26,636 nt of DNA. Origin: Senegalimassilia sp. Its GTDB lineage: Bacteria > Bacteroidota > Bacteroidia > Bacteroidales > Muribaculaceae. The stretch lies in NCBI GenBank assembly GCA_963590085.1, contig CAVAOU010000001.1, positions 1-26,636 on the forward strand, read 5' to 3'. Of the stretch, positions 16,910 to 25,699 are shown in pieces; the stretch's first letter is position 1, and every line of letters starts with the position of its first letter. The notes beneath the pieces were generated by a model. It made no database searches, had not been told where the DNA came from, and saw only the letters and a program-made list of their open reading frames with translations. A program made the translations under genes and the position numbers.

Positions 16910-19141
16910 CTATTTCAACGTGAACGCCACTTTGCCGCGGATGTCGGCTGCAGAGGCTGCCACGATGGCTTCAAACTCGCCAGGCTCGGTCACCCACTGG
17001 TGCTTGTCGGCGTCGAAAAATGCCAGCGCGTCGTTGCCAATGGTAAACGTAACCGTGGTGCTCTCGCCCGGCTGCAGAGCCACCTTGCGGAAGTCCTTCA
17101 GTTCCTTCACTGGGCGCGGGAGCGACGACTGCTTGTCGGCGATGTAGAGTTGCACTGTCTCCTGGCCGTAGAGTTTGCCGGTGTTGGTCACCTTGACGCT
17201 CACCTTCACTGAGTCGGACGCCGTGACGGAGGTCTTGTCGATGGTCGGCTTGCCGTAGGCGAATGTGGTGTACGACAGTCCGTGGCCGAAGGCAAACAGT
17301 GGCTTCACGCCGTCGTGGTCAAATCCGCGGTAGCCCACGAAGATGCCTTCCTTATAGTACACGTCGTAGATGCCGCTGCCGTCGGTGCGCTTGGTGCCTG
17401 GGTAGGTGTCATATTTGTGTGCGCCAACATCGTTGAGTGCTACTGGGAACGACATCGGCAGTTTGCCGCTCGGGTTGACAGCGCCCGTAAGCACATCGGC
17501 GATGCCGTTGCCTGCCTCGCTGCCGAGATACCATGTCTGCACGATTGCCGGAACTTTCTTCACCCATGGCATTGCCACGGCGTTGCCCGACACGTTGACC
17601 ACTACCAATCGCTTGTTGGCGGCGGCGAGGGCCTCAATCACGCGGTCCTGGCCGTAGGGCAGTCCGTGACCCTCGCGGTCGGAGTCTTCGCAGTCCTGAC
17701 CGGCGCTCTTGTTCAAGCCGCCCACAAAAATCACGTAGTCGGCCTTCTTGGCTTTCTCCACTGCCTCGGCGATGAGTTGCTCTGGCGTGCGGTTGTCGGT
17801 GAGGTCCTGACCGGTGACCACACCGTTATATTCGCCCGTAGGGTCGCCCACATAGCCGCGGGCATAGTCCACAGTGGCGTTCTTAAGGTTGGCGCGCAGG
17901 CCGTCGAGTGGCGAAATCTCGTGCTGTGCTTTCAGCGACGAACTTCCGCCGCCCACGGTCATCATCTTTATGGCGTTTTCGCCCACAACGAGGATGTTGA
18001 GACGCTTGGTGGTGTCGATTGGCAGCACGGAGCGGTCGTTCTTGAGAAGCACGGTGCCTTCAGCGGCGATGCGGCGCGCTGCGGCATAGTGTTCCGGCGA
18101 ATGGAACGAGCCGAAGGGCTTGTTGCGCTTCATGGCGGTGAGCATCGTGAGGCGCAGCACGTTGCGCACCTTCTGGTCGAGTTCCTCGGTGCCGATTTTG
18201 CCTTCCTGAATCATTTTGAGATAAGGGTTGGCAAGGTAATAGTTGTCGTAGGCGTTCGATGTGCCAGCGTAGAGGCCGTCGGTCCAGGAGCCAAACTCCA
18301 GGTCGAGGCCGTAGCGGGCTGCCTCCTCTGTGTCGTGCGTGCCGCCCCAGTCGGATATCACTGCGCCCTTGAAGCCCCACTCCTTGCGGAGAATGTCGAT
18401 GAGCAGGCGCTTGTTGTGGCATCCGTGCTGGTTCTGGTAGAGGTCGTACGATCCCATGATGCTCCATGCGTCGCCTTCCTGCACGGCTGCCTTAAACGGC
18501 GGCAGGTAGATTTCGTAGAGCGTGCGGTCGTCCACGTTGACATTCGTGGTGTGGCGGTTCACTTCCTGGTTGTTGAGCGCAAAGTGCTTCACGCACACTG
18601 CCACGCCGTTGTCCTGCACTCCCTTGATGTAGGGCACCACCATGCGGCTCGTGAGCAGCGGGTCTTCGCCCATATATTCAAAGTTGCGGCCGTTGAGTGG
18701 CGTGCGGTAGATGTTCACGCCCGGGCCGAGCAGCACGTCCTTCTCGCGGAAGCGAGCCTCTTCGCCAATGCTGTGGCCGTAGAGCAGCGACAGTTGCGGG
18801 TTCCACGTGGCGGCGAGGCAGGTGAGTGCGGGAAACGCCACGCAGGAGTCGTTGGTCCATTTTGCTTGGTTCCATTCGTCCCACATCACCTCCGGACGGA
18901 TGCCGTGAGGGCCGTCGGTGGTCCACAGTTCGGGGATGCCAAGGCGCGGCACGCCTGGCGACGAGAATTTCGACTGCGCGTGGATGATGGCAATTTTTTC
19001 TTTGAGAGTCATGCGTTGAAGGGCATCCTCGACGCGAGCGTCGAGGGGTTGCGATTCGTCGAGATAGACGGGCGTTGCCGCCTTCACTCCCACGGCCGCC
19101 AGCGGCAGCACGAGGGCAAGGATAAGTTTTCTTACGTTCAT
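16910..19141 (-). CDS. Glycoside hydrolase family 3 (beta-glucosidase/xylosidase-like), exported, with Fn3-like C-terminus
   Basis: Signal peptide, DGPHGIR, LGPGVNIYRTPLNGRNFEYMGEDP, CVKHF, nucleophile motif ISDWG, GTVLLKN, NPSGKLP, FGHGLSYTTF, ELKDF. Confidence 0.95.
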   Translation of the reverse strand: MNVRKLILALVLPLAAVGVKAATPVYLDESQPLDARVEDALQRMTLKEKIAIIHAQSKFSSPGVPRLGIPELWTTDGPHGIRPEVMWDEWNQAKWTNDSCVAFPALTCLAATWNPQLSLLYGHSIGEEARFREKDVLLGPGVNIYRTPLNGRNFEYMGEDPLLTSRMVVPYIKGVQDNGVAVCVKHFALNNQEVNRHTTNVNVDDRTLYEIYLPPFKAAVQEGDAWSIMGSYDLYQNQHGCHNKRLLIDILRKEWGFKGAVISDWGGTHDTEEAARYGLDLEFGSWTDGLYAGTSNAYDNYYLANPYLKMIQEGKIGTEELDQKVRNVLRLTMLTAMKRNKPFGSFHSPEHYAAARRIAAEGTVLLKNDRSVLPIDTTKRLNILVVGENAIKMMTVGGGSSSLKAQHEISPLDGLRANLKNATVDYARGYVGDPTGEYNGVVTGQDLTDNRTPEQLIAEAVEKAKKADYVIFVGGLNKSAGQDCEDSDREGHGLPYGQDRVIEALAAANKRLVVVNVSGNAVAMPWVKKVPAIVQTWYLGSEAGNGIADVLTGAVNPSGKLPMSFPVALNDVGAHKYDTYPGTKRTDGSGIYDVYYKEGIFVGYRGFDHDGVKPLFAFGHGLSYTTFAYGKPTIDKTSVTASDSVKVSVKVTNTGKLYGQETVQLYIADKQSSLPRPVKELKDFRKVALQPGESTTVTFTIGNDALAFFDADKHQWVTEPGEFEAIVAASAADIRGKVAFTLK

Positions 19142-19176
19142 TTGGTTTATGTGGTTATTTTAGATTTCCTGTTCAG

Positions 19177-19253
19177 CAAAATTAGCCACAAGCGGCGGTT
19201 GGGGCAATTCACAAAAACTCACACTTCGCCGTTGAGGGGGCTAAAAACTCACA
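19177..19253 (-). promoter_or_regulatory. GH3 promoter with upstream direct repeats
   Basis: TAATTTTG at 19184-19177, ATTG at 19208-19205; aaaaactcaca repeated at 19213-19223 and 19243-19253. Confidence 0.55.
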
Positions 19254-19259
19254 AAAATT

Positions 19260-20402
19260 TCACTTTAGCGTTTTTTCGTACACCGCCATCAACTCTTTGC
19301 AGAGCCTTTCGTCGCTGAAGCGCTTGGCGTATTCCCGTCCGTCGGCAATCATGCGCTGGCGCAAACCGTCATCGGTAAGCACGCGCTCCACGGCATCTGC
19401 CATGCCGTCGGCGTCGTCGGGATTCACATAGATCGACCCTTCGCCGCCGGCCTCCTCGAGGCACGACCCTGTGCAGCCTATCACCGGCACACCGCTGTTG
19501 AGCGCCTCAAGCAGCGGGATGCCGAAGCCTTCGATGCGCGAGGGGTAGACAAACACTCGTGCGAGGCGGTAGACCGACGGGAGGTCGGCAAACGGCACGT
19601 TGTGGTGGAAATGGCAGTAGTCGGCTATGCCCCACTGCTGCGCCAAGGTCTTTATCTTGTCGCAGTAGGCGGTGCTGCGGCCCACGGCTACGATGTGAAA
19701 CAGCCGCCCGCCTCTTTCCTTCGCCCGCCGCAGTGCCTCCACGAGCAAGAGCAGGTTTTTGCGCTCCTCGATGCTGCCCACAAAGAGGGCATATTCGTCG
19801 GGCAGGCCGTAGCGCGCCTTCACCTCAGCGAGGCGCTCGGCGGCGATGGGCTGGGCAAACACGGTGTCGCAGCCTTGGTAAACCACGTCGATCTTCTCCT
19901 CCGCCACGCCGTAGTAGTGCATAATCTCGCGCTTGGTGTACTGGCTCACGGCTATCACGCGGTCGGCCTTCTGGCACGCGCGGCGGAACTTGTAGTTGTA
20001 GATTTTTCGGTCAATCCAGTGGTAGTACTGCGGTGTGTGGATGAAAATGAGGTCGTGGATGGTGACGATGCTGCGGCAGCGCCCGCGGCCAATGTTGAGC
20101 GGCAACTCGTTGCTGAGGCCGTGAAACAGGTCGATGCCGTCGCGACGCAGGTCGGCTGTCACGCCCCACACCCGCCACAGCGACCGAAGCCTCCGCCACA
20201 GCCCGCCCTCGGGGAAATGGCTGTGCAGTTGGCCTATCGTCGGGATTTCGCCGTAGAAGGGCGTGCGCCGCGGATTGGGCGCATAGAGGTGGTACTCGTT
20301 TTCCGGATGCTGCTGGGAGAGTATGCGCAGCACGAAGCGGCTGTAGTTGCCCAGGCCTGTGCGGTTTTGCGCCGCACGCTTGGCGTCAAATCCTATTTTC
20401 AT
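19260..20402 (-). CDS. Glycosyltransferase family 4 (GT-B)
   Basis: Start MKIGFDAKRA at 20402; TGLGNYSR, VTIHDLIF, VGSIEERKN, EGFGIPLLE (Ex7E). Confidence 0.93.
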   Translation of the reverse strand: MKIGFDAKRAAQNRTGLGNYSRFVLRILSQQHPENEYHLYAPNPRRTPFYGEIPTIGQLHSHFPEGGLWRRLRSLWRVWGVTADLRRDGIDLFHGLSNELPLNIGRGRCRSIVTIHDLIFIHTPQYYHWIDRKIYNYKFRRACQKADRVIAVSQYTKREIMHYYGVAEEKIDVVYQGCDTVFAQPIAAERLAEVKARYGLPDEYALFVGSIEERKNLLLLVEALRRAKERGGRLFHIVAVGRSTAYCDKIKTLAQQWGIADYCHFHHNVPFADLPSVYRLARVFVYPSRIEGFGIPLLEALNSGVPVIGCTGSCLEEAGGEGSIYVNPDDADGMADAVERVLTDDGLRQRMIADGREYAKRFSDERLCKELMAVYEKTLK

Positions 20403-20426
20403 CGGTCGTAATGTGTTAGTTTTCCA

Positions 20427-20434
20427 CAAAGTTA
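20427..20434 (-). promoter_or_regulatory. -7 element (TAACTTTG) for the GT4 gene
   Basis: caaagtta on +, about 25 nt upstream of the ATG at 20402. Confidence 0.55.
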
Positions 20435-20596
20435 GCCTATTGCACCTATTCTTCCCCTCAGCCTCGACGGAAAAATGAAAAAAATGACAAATAATTGTTG
20501 TTGTTAATAAAAATGTCTATCTTTACCACTGGTAAAACACAGACTAAAAATATACCTAACAATAAAAAACTATTTTATTAACTAAAAATCTTATTT

Positions 20597-22978
20597 ATGA
20601 GAAAGTCATTCAAACACATTCTTTTAGCAGGCTTGACCGTCGCGTCGTCTGCTGTGGCCATGAATGCCCAGACTCCTCTCGAGTCGCTCAACGCCTATCC
20701 CTACGACATCAAGGTGGAGAAGGTCGGCACTGACTACAATGTGACCTATCGTTTGAACGCTCCTGCCGAAAGCGCCAAGGTGGTGCTCCTCGTCAAGAAC
20801 GTACCGGTGAAGGAATATGCCGGCACAACAAATGCCGAGTATACCGACGACACCAAGACTGCCGTCAACAACCTCAACACGGTAACAATCCCTGAGGCCG
20901 ACATCCCTAAGGACGCTACGGTTTCGTTTGGCGTAACGGTGCAGGGCGCTACTGTGGCTGAGCCTACAATCTCTTCGAAGTACTACAAGTTCTACCACCC
21001 GGCTGGCGTGGCTGTCGACAACGACACCGACAGTCCTAACTTCGGCCGCGTGCTCGTAACTGAGGCTATGTCGGCTCCTGAAACAGGCTATCAGTCGTCG
21101 GGCGGCAATCAGGGTATCTATGCATTCGATGCAACTCTCACCCCTATCAAGAACGCCGACGGCGGATACGTGTTTAAGGGTGGACAAACCTACCAAGGCA
21201 AATTCGCTAACGGCAAAACTGCCTACGACCCTCGCAAAATCCGCATCGCCGACGACGGCCGTATCTTCCTCAGCGGACAGAACCAGAATGGCGTGGCTCT
21301 CTGGTCGGTCAACCCTCTGAACCTCAACGACGACTTCACTCCAGTTATCCACGGCACATCCGATGAGTCGTACAACATCAACGATGCCGACGGCAATTTC
21401 GTCGCTGCTCCAAACGTTAGTTTCGACCTCCGTGGCGAAGACGAGAACCTCACAGTCTTGGCTCTTTCTTCAAGTATCGGCGGTCTCGATTTCGTTGCTT
21501 CGGCATACCGCACCGACGAATACAACCTCGGTGAGGCTAAAGAATGGACAGAGGCTCCGTCGAAGGCCATTGAGGCTTTGACTGGCAAATATTCTGTTAC
21601 AACGGGCAACACCTCTGTTACCTACGACGAAGACGGCGGCATCTGGTTTGCAAGCAGCCGCTCAACAGCAAAAGACACAGAGCCGACATTGGTTCACATC
21701 AACGCTGACGGCGTAGAGGACTACAAGATTGCGGCAAACGGAACCCTCGACGTTGACTTCTTTGGCGGCGCAGGCATCCGCTTCAACCAGGACTATTCTC
21801 TCCTTGCCATTGCTACAAGCGGATCTACAATTACAGTCTTCAAGGTTACGAAGGACACCAACGGCGCTCCGCTGCTCGTAAAGCAATATTCTTTCGCAAC
21901 TGAAATCGGCCGCAACTGCAACGATATGGCATTTGACTGCGCTAACAACCTCTACTTCGTTGGTAACTCTAAGGAATTCCTCAGGGTGGCTGCCCTGCCT
22001 CGCGAAAGCGGTGAAATCACAGTTGCCGCTCCGAGCGAATACAACGTTGAAATTTCAAGCGACGACTATCCTGCAGTGCTCTACCTCATCGGCCTCGACA
22101 ACAATTGGGATCCTACTTTTGGCCAAATGCTCGACAAGACTGGCGAAGGTGTCTACACAACAAACATTTCAGGTCCTTGCAACTTCGGTATCGTAAGCAA
22201 ACTCGACGCAGACTGGGACGTGGTCAACGCTAACCGTTGGGGCTTCGCAATGTCGGAGGACAACAAGGAAGTCAACATCAACGAGACTACTTCTATCGTG
22301 AAGGATGCAGGCGCCATCCGTGTTACTGCAACACCAGCATCTGGCTCATTCAAAGTTACTGTCGACCTCAAGAACCTCACAATCCTCGTTGCCGGCGAAG
22401 TCGTAGTGACTTATCCTGAGAAACTCTATGCTATTGGACACTTCTCTGACGAAACTTGGGCTCAGTCAAGCACTACCCACGTGGCTAATGCTACTTCTGA
22501 GGGCGTTTACCAGATTGACGACCTCGAGATTGTCGACGGCGACGGAGCTGGCTACGGCTACTTCGCATTCACTGCTACACCAAGCGAGATTTGGGACGAA
22601 GTTAACGCAACTCGCTATGGTCCAGTGACTAAAGATTATGAACTTGCAGACAACACTCCTACCGAAATCGGTTTGAATGGCGACACTTCATTCAAGATTC
22701 TCGCTGGCAAGTACAACATCACCGTTAACCTCGTTGAGGGCTTTGTTCTCACAGTTAAGCAAGACGGCGACAGCGTTGAGAAGGCAGCAGCCGACGCAGT
22801 GAAGGTGGCTGCAGGCGCAGGCGAAATCCGCGTTCTGGGCAACGTAGAATCCGTTTCAATCTACAACACAGCCGGCCAGGCAGTGGTGCTCAACAGCAAG
22901 GACAACGCGTTCCAGGTTGCTCGCGGCATCTACGTAGTGGTTGTCAACGGCAAATCAACGAAAGTAATGGTGAAGTAA
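20597..22978 (+). CDS. Secreted T9SS cargo protein: probable beta-propeller + two SusE/SusF-like modules + type A CTD
   Basis: Signal peptide ending AMNA-Q. Repeated modules YPAVLYLIG..NNWDP..GEGVY..NANRWG and YPEKLYAIG..TW..SEGVY..NATRYG. C-terminus VSIYNTAGQ...RGIYVVVVNGKSTKVMVK is a typical T9SS sorting signal. Confidence 0.8.
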   Translation: MRKSFKHILLAGLTVASSAVAMNAQTPLESLNAYPYDIKVEKVGTDYNVTYRLNAPAESAKVVLLVKNVPVKEYAGTTNAEYTDDTKTAVNNLNTVTIPEADIPKDATVSFGVTVQGATVAEPTISSKYYKFYHPAGVAVDNDTDSPNFGRVLVTEAMSAPETGYQSSGGNQGIYAFDATLTPIKNADGGYVFKGGQTYQGKFANGKTAYDPRKIRIADDGRIFLSGQNQNGVALWSVNPLNLNDDFTPVIHGTSDESYNINDADGNFVAAPNVSFDLRGEDENLTVLALSSSIGGLDFVASAYRTDEYNLGEAKEWTEAPSKAIEALTGKYSVTTGNTSVTYDEDGGIWFASSRSTAKDTEPTLVHINADGVEDYKIAANGTLDVDFFGGAGIRFNQDYSLLAIATSGSTITVFKVTKDTNGAPLLVKQYSFATEIGRNCNDMAFDCANNLYFVGNSKEFLRVAALPRESGEITVAAPSEYNVEISSDDYPAVLYLIGLDNNWDPTFGQMLDKTGEGVYTTNISGPCNFGIVSKLDADWDVVNANRWGFAMSEDNKEVNINETTSIVKDAGAIRVTATPASGSFKVTVDLKNLTILVAGEVVVTYPEKLYAIGHFSDETWAQSSTTHVANATSEGVYQIDDLEIVDGDGAGYGYFAFTATPSEIWDEVNATRYGPVTKDYELADNTPTEIGLNGDTSFKILAGKYNITVNLVEGFVLTVKQDGDSVEKAAADAVKVAAGAGEIRVLGNVESVSIYNTAGQAVVLNSKDNAFQVARGIYVVVVNGKSTKVMVK

Positions 22979-22998
22979 CACTTCCCCAAACCCTATAG

Positions 22999-23032
22999 AA
23001 AAAGGCTGTGCCATCAGGCACAGCCTTTTTTT
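22999..23032. terminator. Bidirectional intrinsic terminator
   Basis: aaaaaggctgtgcc-atca-ggcacagcctttttt: a perfect stem between convergent genes. Confidence 0.9.
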
Positions 23033-23057
23033 GTTACTCTGTAAGTACACTACCTCA

Positions 23058-24116
23058 CTAATTGGAGAATGCGCTGAGGGCGGCAGTTGGCTTGCCACTC
23101 TCGTCGAAGGCGCCCTTGGTGTAGCCTTTCCAGCCGCCGTAGCATTCAGGCTCCCAGTAGAACACGCCGCCGCAGCCGTCGATGGCCTTGCAGCCGCTCA
23201 CGAGGCGACTCATCATCGCCGAGGCGTTGCTTGAGTCCCACGGCATGCCTACCTCACAAACCATCACAGGGCACGAATAGCGGCTGTGGAGGGTCTTCAA
23301 GTTGGCGAGACACGATGCGGTGAGGGTCTCCCAGTTGCTGTCTTCTGGATAGAACGACACGCCGATCATGTCCCACTTGGCGCCGGCGGTGCGCAGACCG
23401 TCGAACATCCACGTGAAGTGGTCGAGTTCGTTGCCGCGGTCAAGATGCACAATGACCGATGCGTTGGGATAGACTTCCTTGACTGCCGCGTAGCCGGCGC
23501 TGACAAAGAAGGCGAAGTTGGTAAACTCGGTGTCCTTGGCTTCTCCCTTGGGCCAGAGCATGCCGCTGCTCGTTTCGTTGCCCACCTGCACCCACTGCAC
23601 ATTGACGTTCTTCGCCTTGAGGGCTGTGAGCACGTCGGTGGTGTGGTCGGAAACTGCCGAGCCCATCTGAATCAGCGTATAGTCCTTCCACGCTGCCGGA
23701 GGGGTCTGCTGTGCGGGGTCGGCCCACGAGTCGGAGTAGTGGAAATCGACCATCACTGCCAAGCCGAGCGCCTGGGCGCGAGTGGCCTTGGCTACTACAT
23801 CAGCCTTGTTGCACCAGCCGTCGGTGGGGTTGACCCACACGCGCAGGCGCACGGCGTTGACACCCAGCCCCTTGAGTATCGACAGGCAGTCGTCTGCCTT
23901 GCCCGACGCGTCGTAGAATTTCTTGCCCGACGCTTCCATCTCGGTGAGCCAACTCACGTCGGCGCCTTTGGCAAACGTTACTGTTGTTTCTTCTTTCTTG
24001 TCCTCGCCGCCGCCACCGGGGGTAGGACTGTCGTTGCCGCCGCAGGCTGCCAGCGACGAGATGCACAAAGTGGCGCACGCCATGGTGAGCATGTGCCGGA
24101 AAATTTTCTTTCTCAT
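23058..24116 (-). CDS. GH53 endo-1,4-beta-galactanase (lipoprotein)
   Basis: Lipobox LAAC; FAKGADVSW, RLRVWVNP, DFHYSDSWADP, QVGNE (acid/base), CEVG (nucleophile), GVFYWEP. Confidence 0.93.
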   Translation of the reverse strand: MRKKIFRHMLTMACATLCISSLAACGGNDSPTPGGGGEDKKEETTVTFAKGADVSWLTEMEASGKKFYDASGKADDCLSILKGLGVNAVRLRVWVNPTDGWCNKADVVAKATRAQALGLAVMVDFHYSDSWADPAQQTPPAAWKDYTLIQMGSAVSDHTTDVLTALKAKNVNVQWVQVGNETSSGMLWPKGEAKDTEFTNFAFFVSAGYAAVKEVYPNASVIVHLDRGNELDHFTWMFDGLRTAGAKWDMIGVSFYPEDSNWETLTASCLANLKTLHSRYSCPVMVCEVGMPWDSSNASAMMSRLVSGCKAIDGCGGVFYWEPECYGGWKGYTKGAFDESGKPTAALSAFSN

Positions 24117-24140
24117 AGGTCTATTTTTGTTGTTTTTAGT

Positions 24141-25685
24141 TTAGTCTTGGTCTTCTAGCCACGTTGAGGCGTAGAGGTTGAGCAGGCGGTCCTTGTAGTC
24201 TGTGCGGAGTGCTGATTGCTCCACCTCGTCGGCTTTCGCTTTGTCAATCGCCACTCCGCCGAGCCCCTTGCGCAGATAGCCGGCATACACTTCAGCGGCG
24301 TCCTTCTCGATGAAGCCTTCGCGCCATGCGTCCTCAAAGCACTGTGCGGCCTTGGCGTAGCCTTCCTCCTTGCCGATGTTGTTGTAGACCAGCCCCAGGG
24401 TGTTCATTGCCTGTGGGAAACCCGCGGCGGCGGCTTCTTTGAGCAGCGCCAGACAGGCTTCTGCCTCCTCCTGCGTCATGTCCTTGTTGAGAGTGTAGAC
24501 GTAGGCGAGCATCGCCTTTGCCGAAGTGTCGCTGACCGACGCCTTCTTCAGCAGGTCGAAGCACTGGCGGCGCGCTGTGCTGTCGGGCTGCTCGCCGGTG
24601 CGCTTCACTATGGTGTAGGCTTTCATCGTCAAGCCCTCGTCGATGCCCGCTGCCACGAGGCGGTCGAAGCAGGAGTCGGACTTGGCGTAGTCCTTGAGAT
24701 GCACGTAGGCAACGCCCTTGAGATAGTCGGAAAATGCCGTGGTGTCGGGGTTAGCCTTGTCGCAGTATGCTTTCTTGAAGTATGTTGCGTTGCCCTGGTC
24801 GACGGCCTTTGCCATCCACGCCAGAGCCATGTAGAAACTGCGCTTGCGGTGGATGCCGTCGCGATAGTCCACGGCGTAGTCCCACTGCGCGCCGCGCGAG
24901 CCGAGCACCGCCGCGCGCTGCAGGTAGGCTATTGCCTTGGCGCTGTCGGTGTCCACGCCGTAGCCGCAGTCGTAGCGCTGACTAAGGTCGTAGCACGCTT
25001 GCGGGAAGTCGCGGTCGGCGGCCGCCTGCACATACGTCAGTCCTTTTGCTACGTCGGCGTCGTTGCCCATGCCTTTCATCAGCATCATGCCGGTGAAGTA
25101 GGTCGACGACAGGTCGCCTCCGTTGGCGGCCTTGGTGAACCATTGCAAGGCTACGTCCTCATGGCCGGTGTTGAGGTTGATGAGCGCCCATTCGCGCTGG
25201 GCGTCGACCGAGCCGCCCTCAGCGGCGAGGCTGAAATACTCTTTCGCCTTTTCTCCCGAGCGCTTCACACCGTTGCCGGTCTTGTAGGCCAGGGCTGAGA
25301 GTACGCCGTCGAAGAGGCTGCCCTTGCGCGCCGCTGCTTCCGAGGCTGTCATCAGCGAGTCGTTGCCGCTGCGTATGGATTTGAGATAGAGGCGCATGGC
25401 TTTCAGCGAGTCGCGCTCGGTGCCGTGGCCGTAGCGGTAGCACATGCCCATGTTGCCCACGGCCTCAACGTTGCCTTGCTTGGCTGCTTTCGCCCACCAT
25501 TGCAGAGCCTCCGTGTAGTTCACCTTCTTGCCGTTGGTGCCGTTGTAGCACCACGAGCCAACTTCGTTTTGCGCTGCCGCGTCGCCGTCCTTGGCTTTCT
25601 GCAGGATTTCATACTTCTGCGAGGTGGCGGCAAACGCCGTCACGGCGGCGGCAATGCTCAATATGAGAGTTATTGTTCTGTTCAT
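24141..25685 (-). CDS. Exported Sel1-like repeat protein
   Basis: Signal peptide followed by many SLR units (AQNEVGSWCYNG..YTEALQWWAKAAKQGNVEAVGNMGMCYRYGHG...). Confidence 0.9.
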   Translation of the reverse strand: MNRTITLILSIAAAVTAFAATSQKYEILQKAKDGDAAAQNEVGSWCYNGTNGKKVNYTEALQWWAKAAKQGNVEAVGNMGMCYRYGHGTERDSLKAMRLYLKSIRSGNDSLMTASEAAARKGSLFDGVLSALAYKTGNGVKRSGEKAKEYFSLAAEGGSVDAQREWALINLNTGHEDVALQWFTKAANGGDLSSTYFTGMMLMKGMGNDADVAKGLTYVQAAADRDFPQACYDLSQRYDCGYGVDTDSAKAIAYLQRAAVLGSRGAQWDYAVDYRDGIHRKRSFYMALAWMAKAVDQGNATYFKKAYCDKANPDTTAFSDYLKGVAYVHLKDYAKSDSCFDRLVAAGIDEGLTMKAYTIVKRTGEQPDSTARRQCFDLLKKASVSDTSAKAMLAYVYTLNKDMTQEEAEACLALLKEAAAAGFPQAMNTLGLVYNNIGKEEGYAKAAQCFEDAWREGFIEKDAAEVYAGYLRKGLGGVAIDKAKADEVEQSALRTDYKDRLLNLYASTWLEDQD

Positions 25686-25699
25686 CGTAATGTGTGAGA

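Noticed and set aside
718..25298. Many long antisense or alternate-frame ORFs (e.g. 718-1806, 1986-3029, 12046-13038, 17282-19318, 24216-25298)
   Set aside because: They are shadows of well-supported genes caused by high GC3 codon bias, and contain no recognisable motifs.
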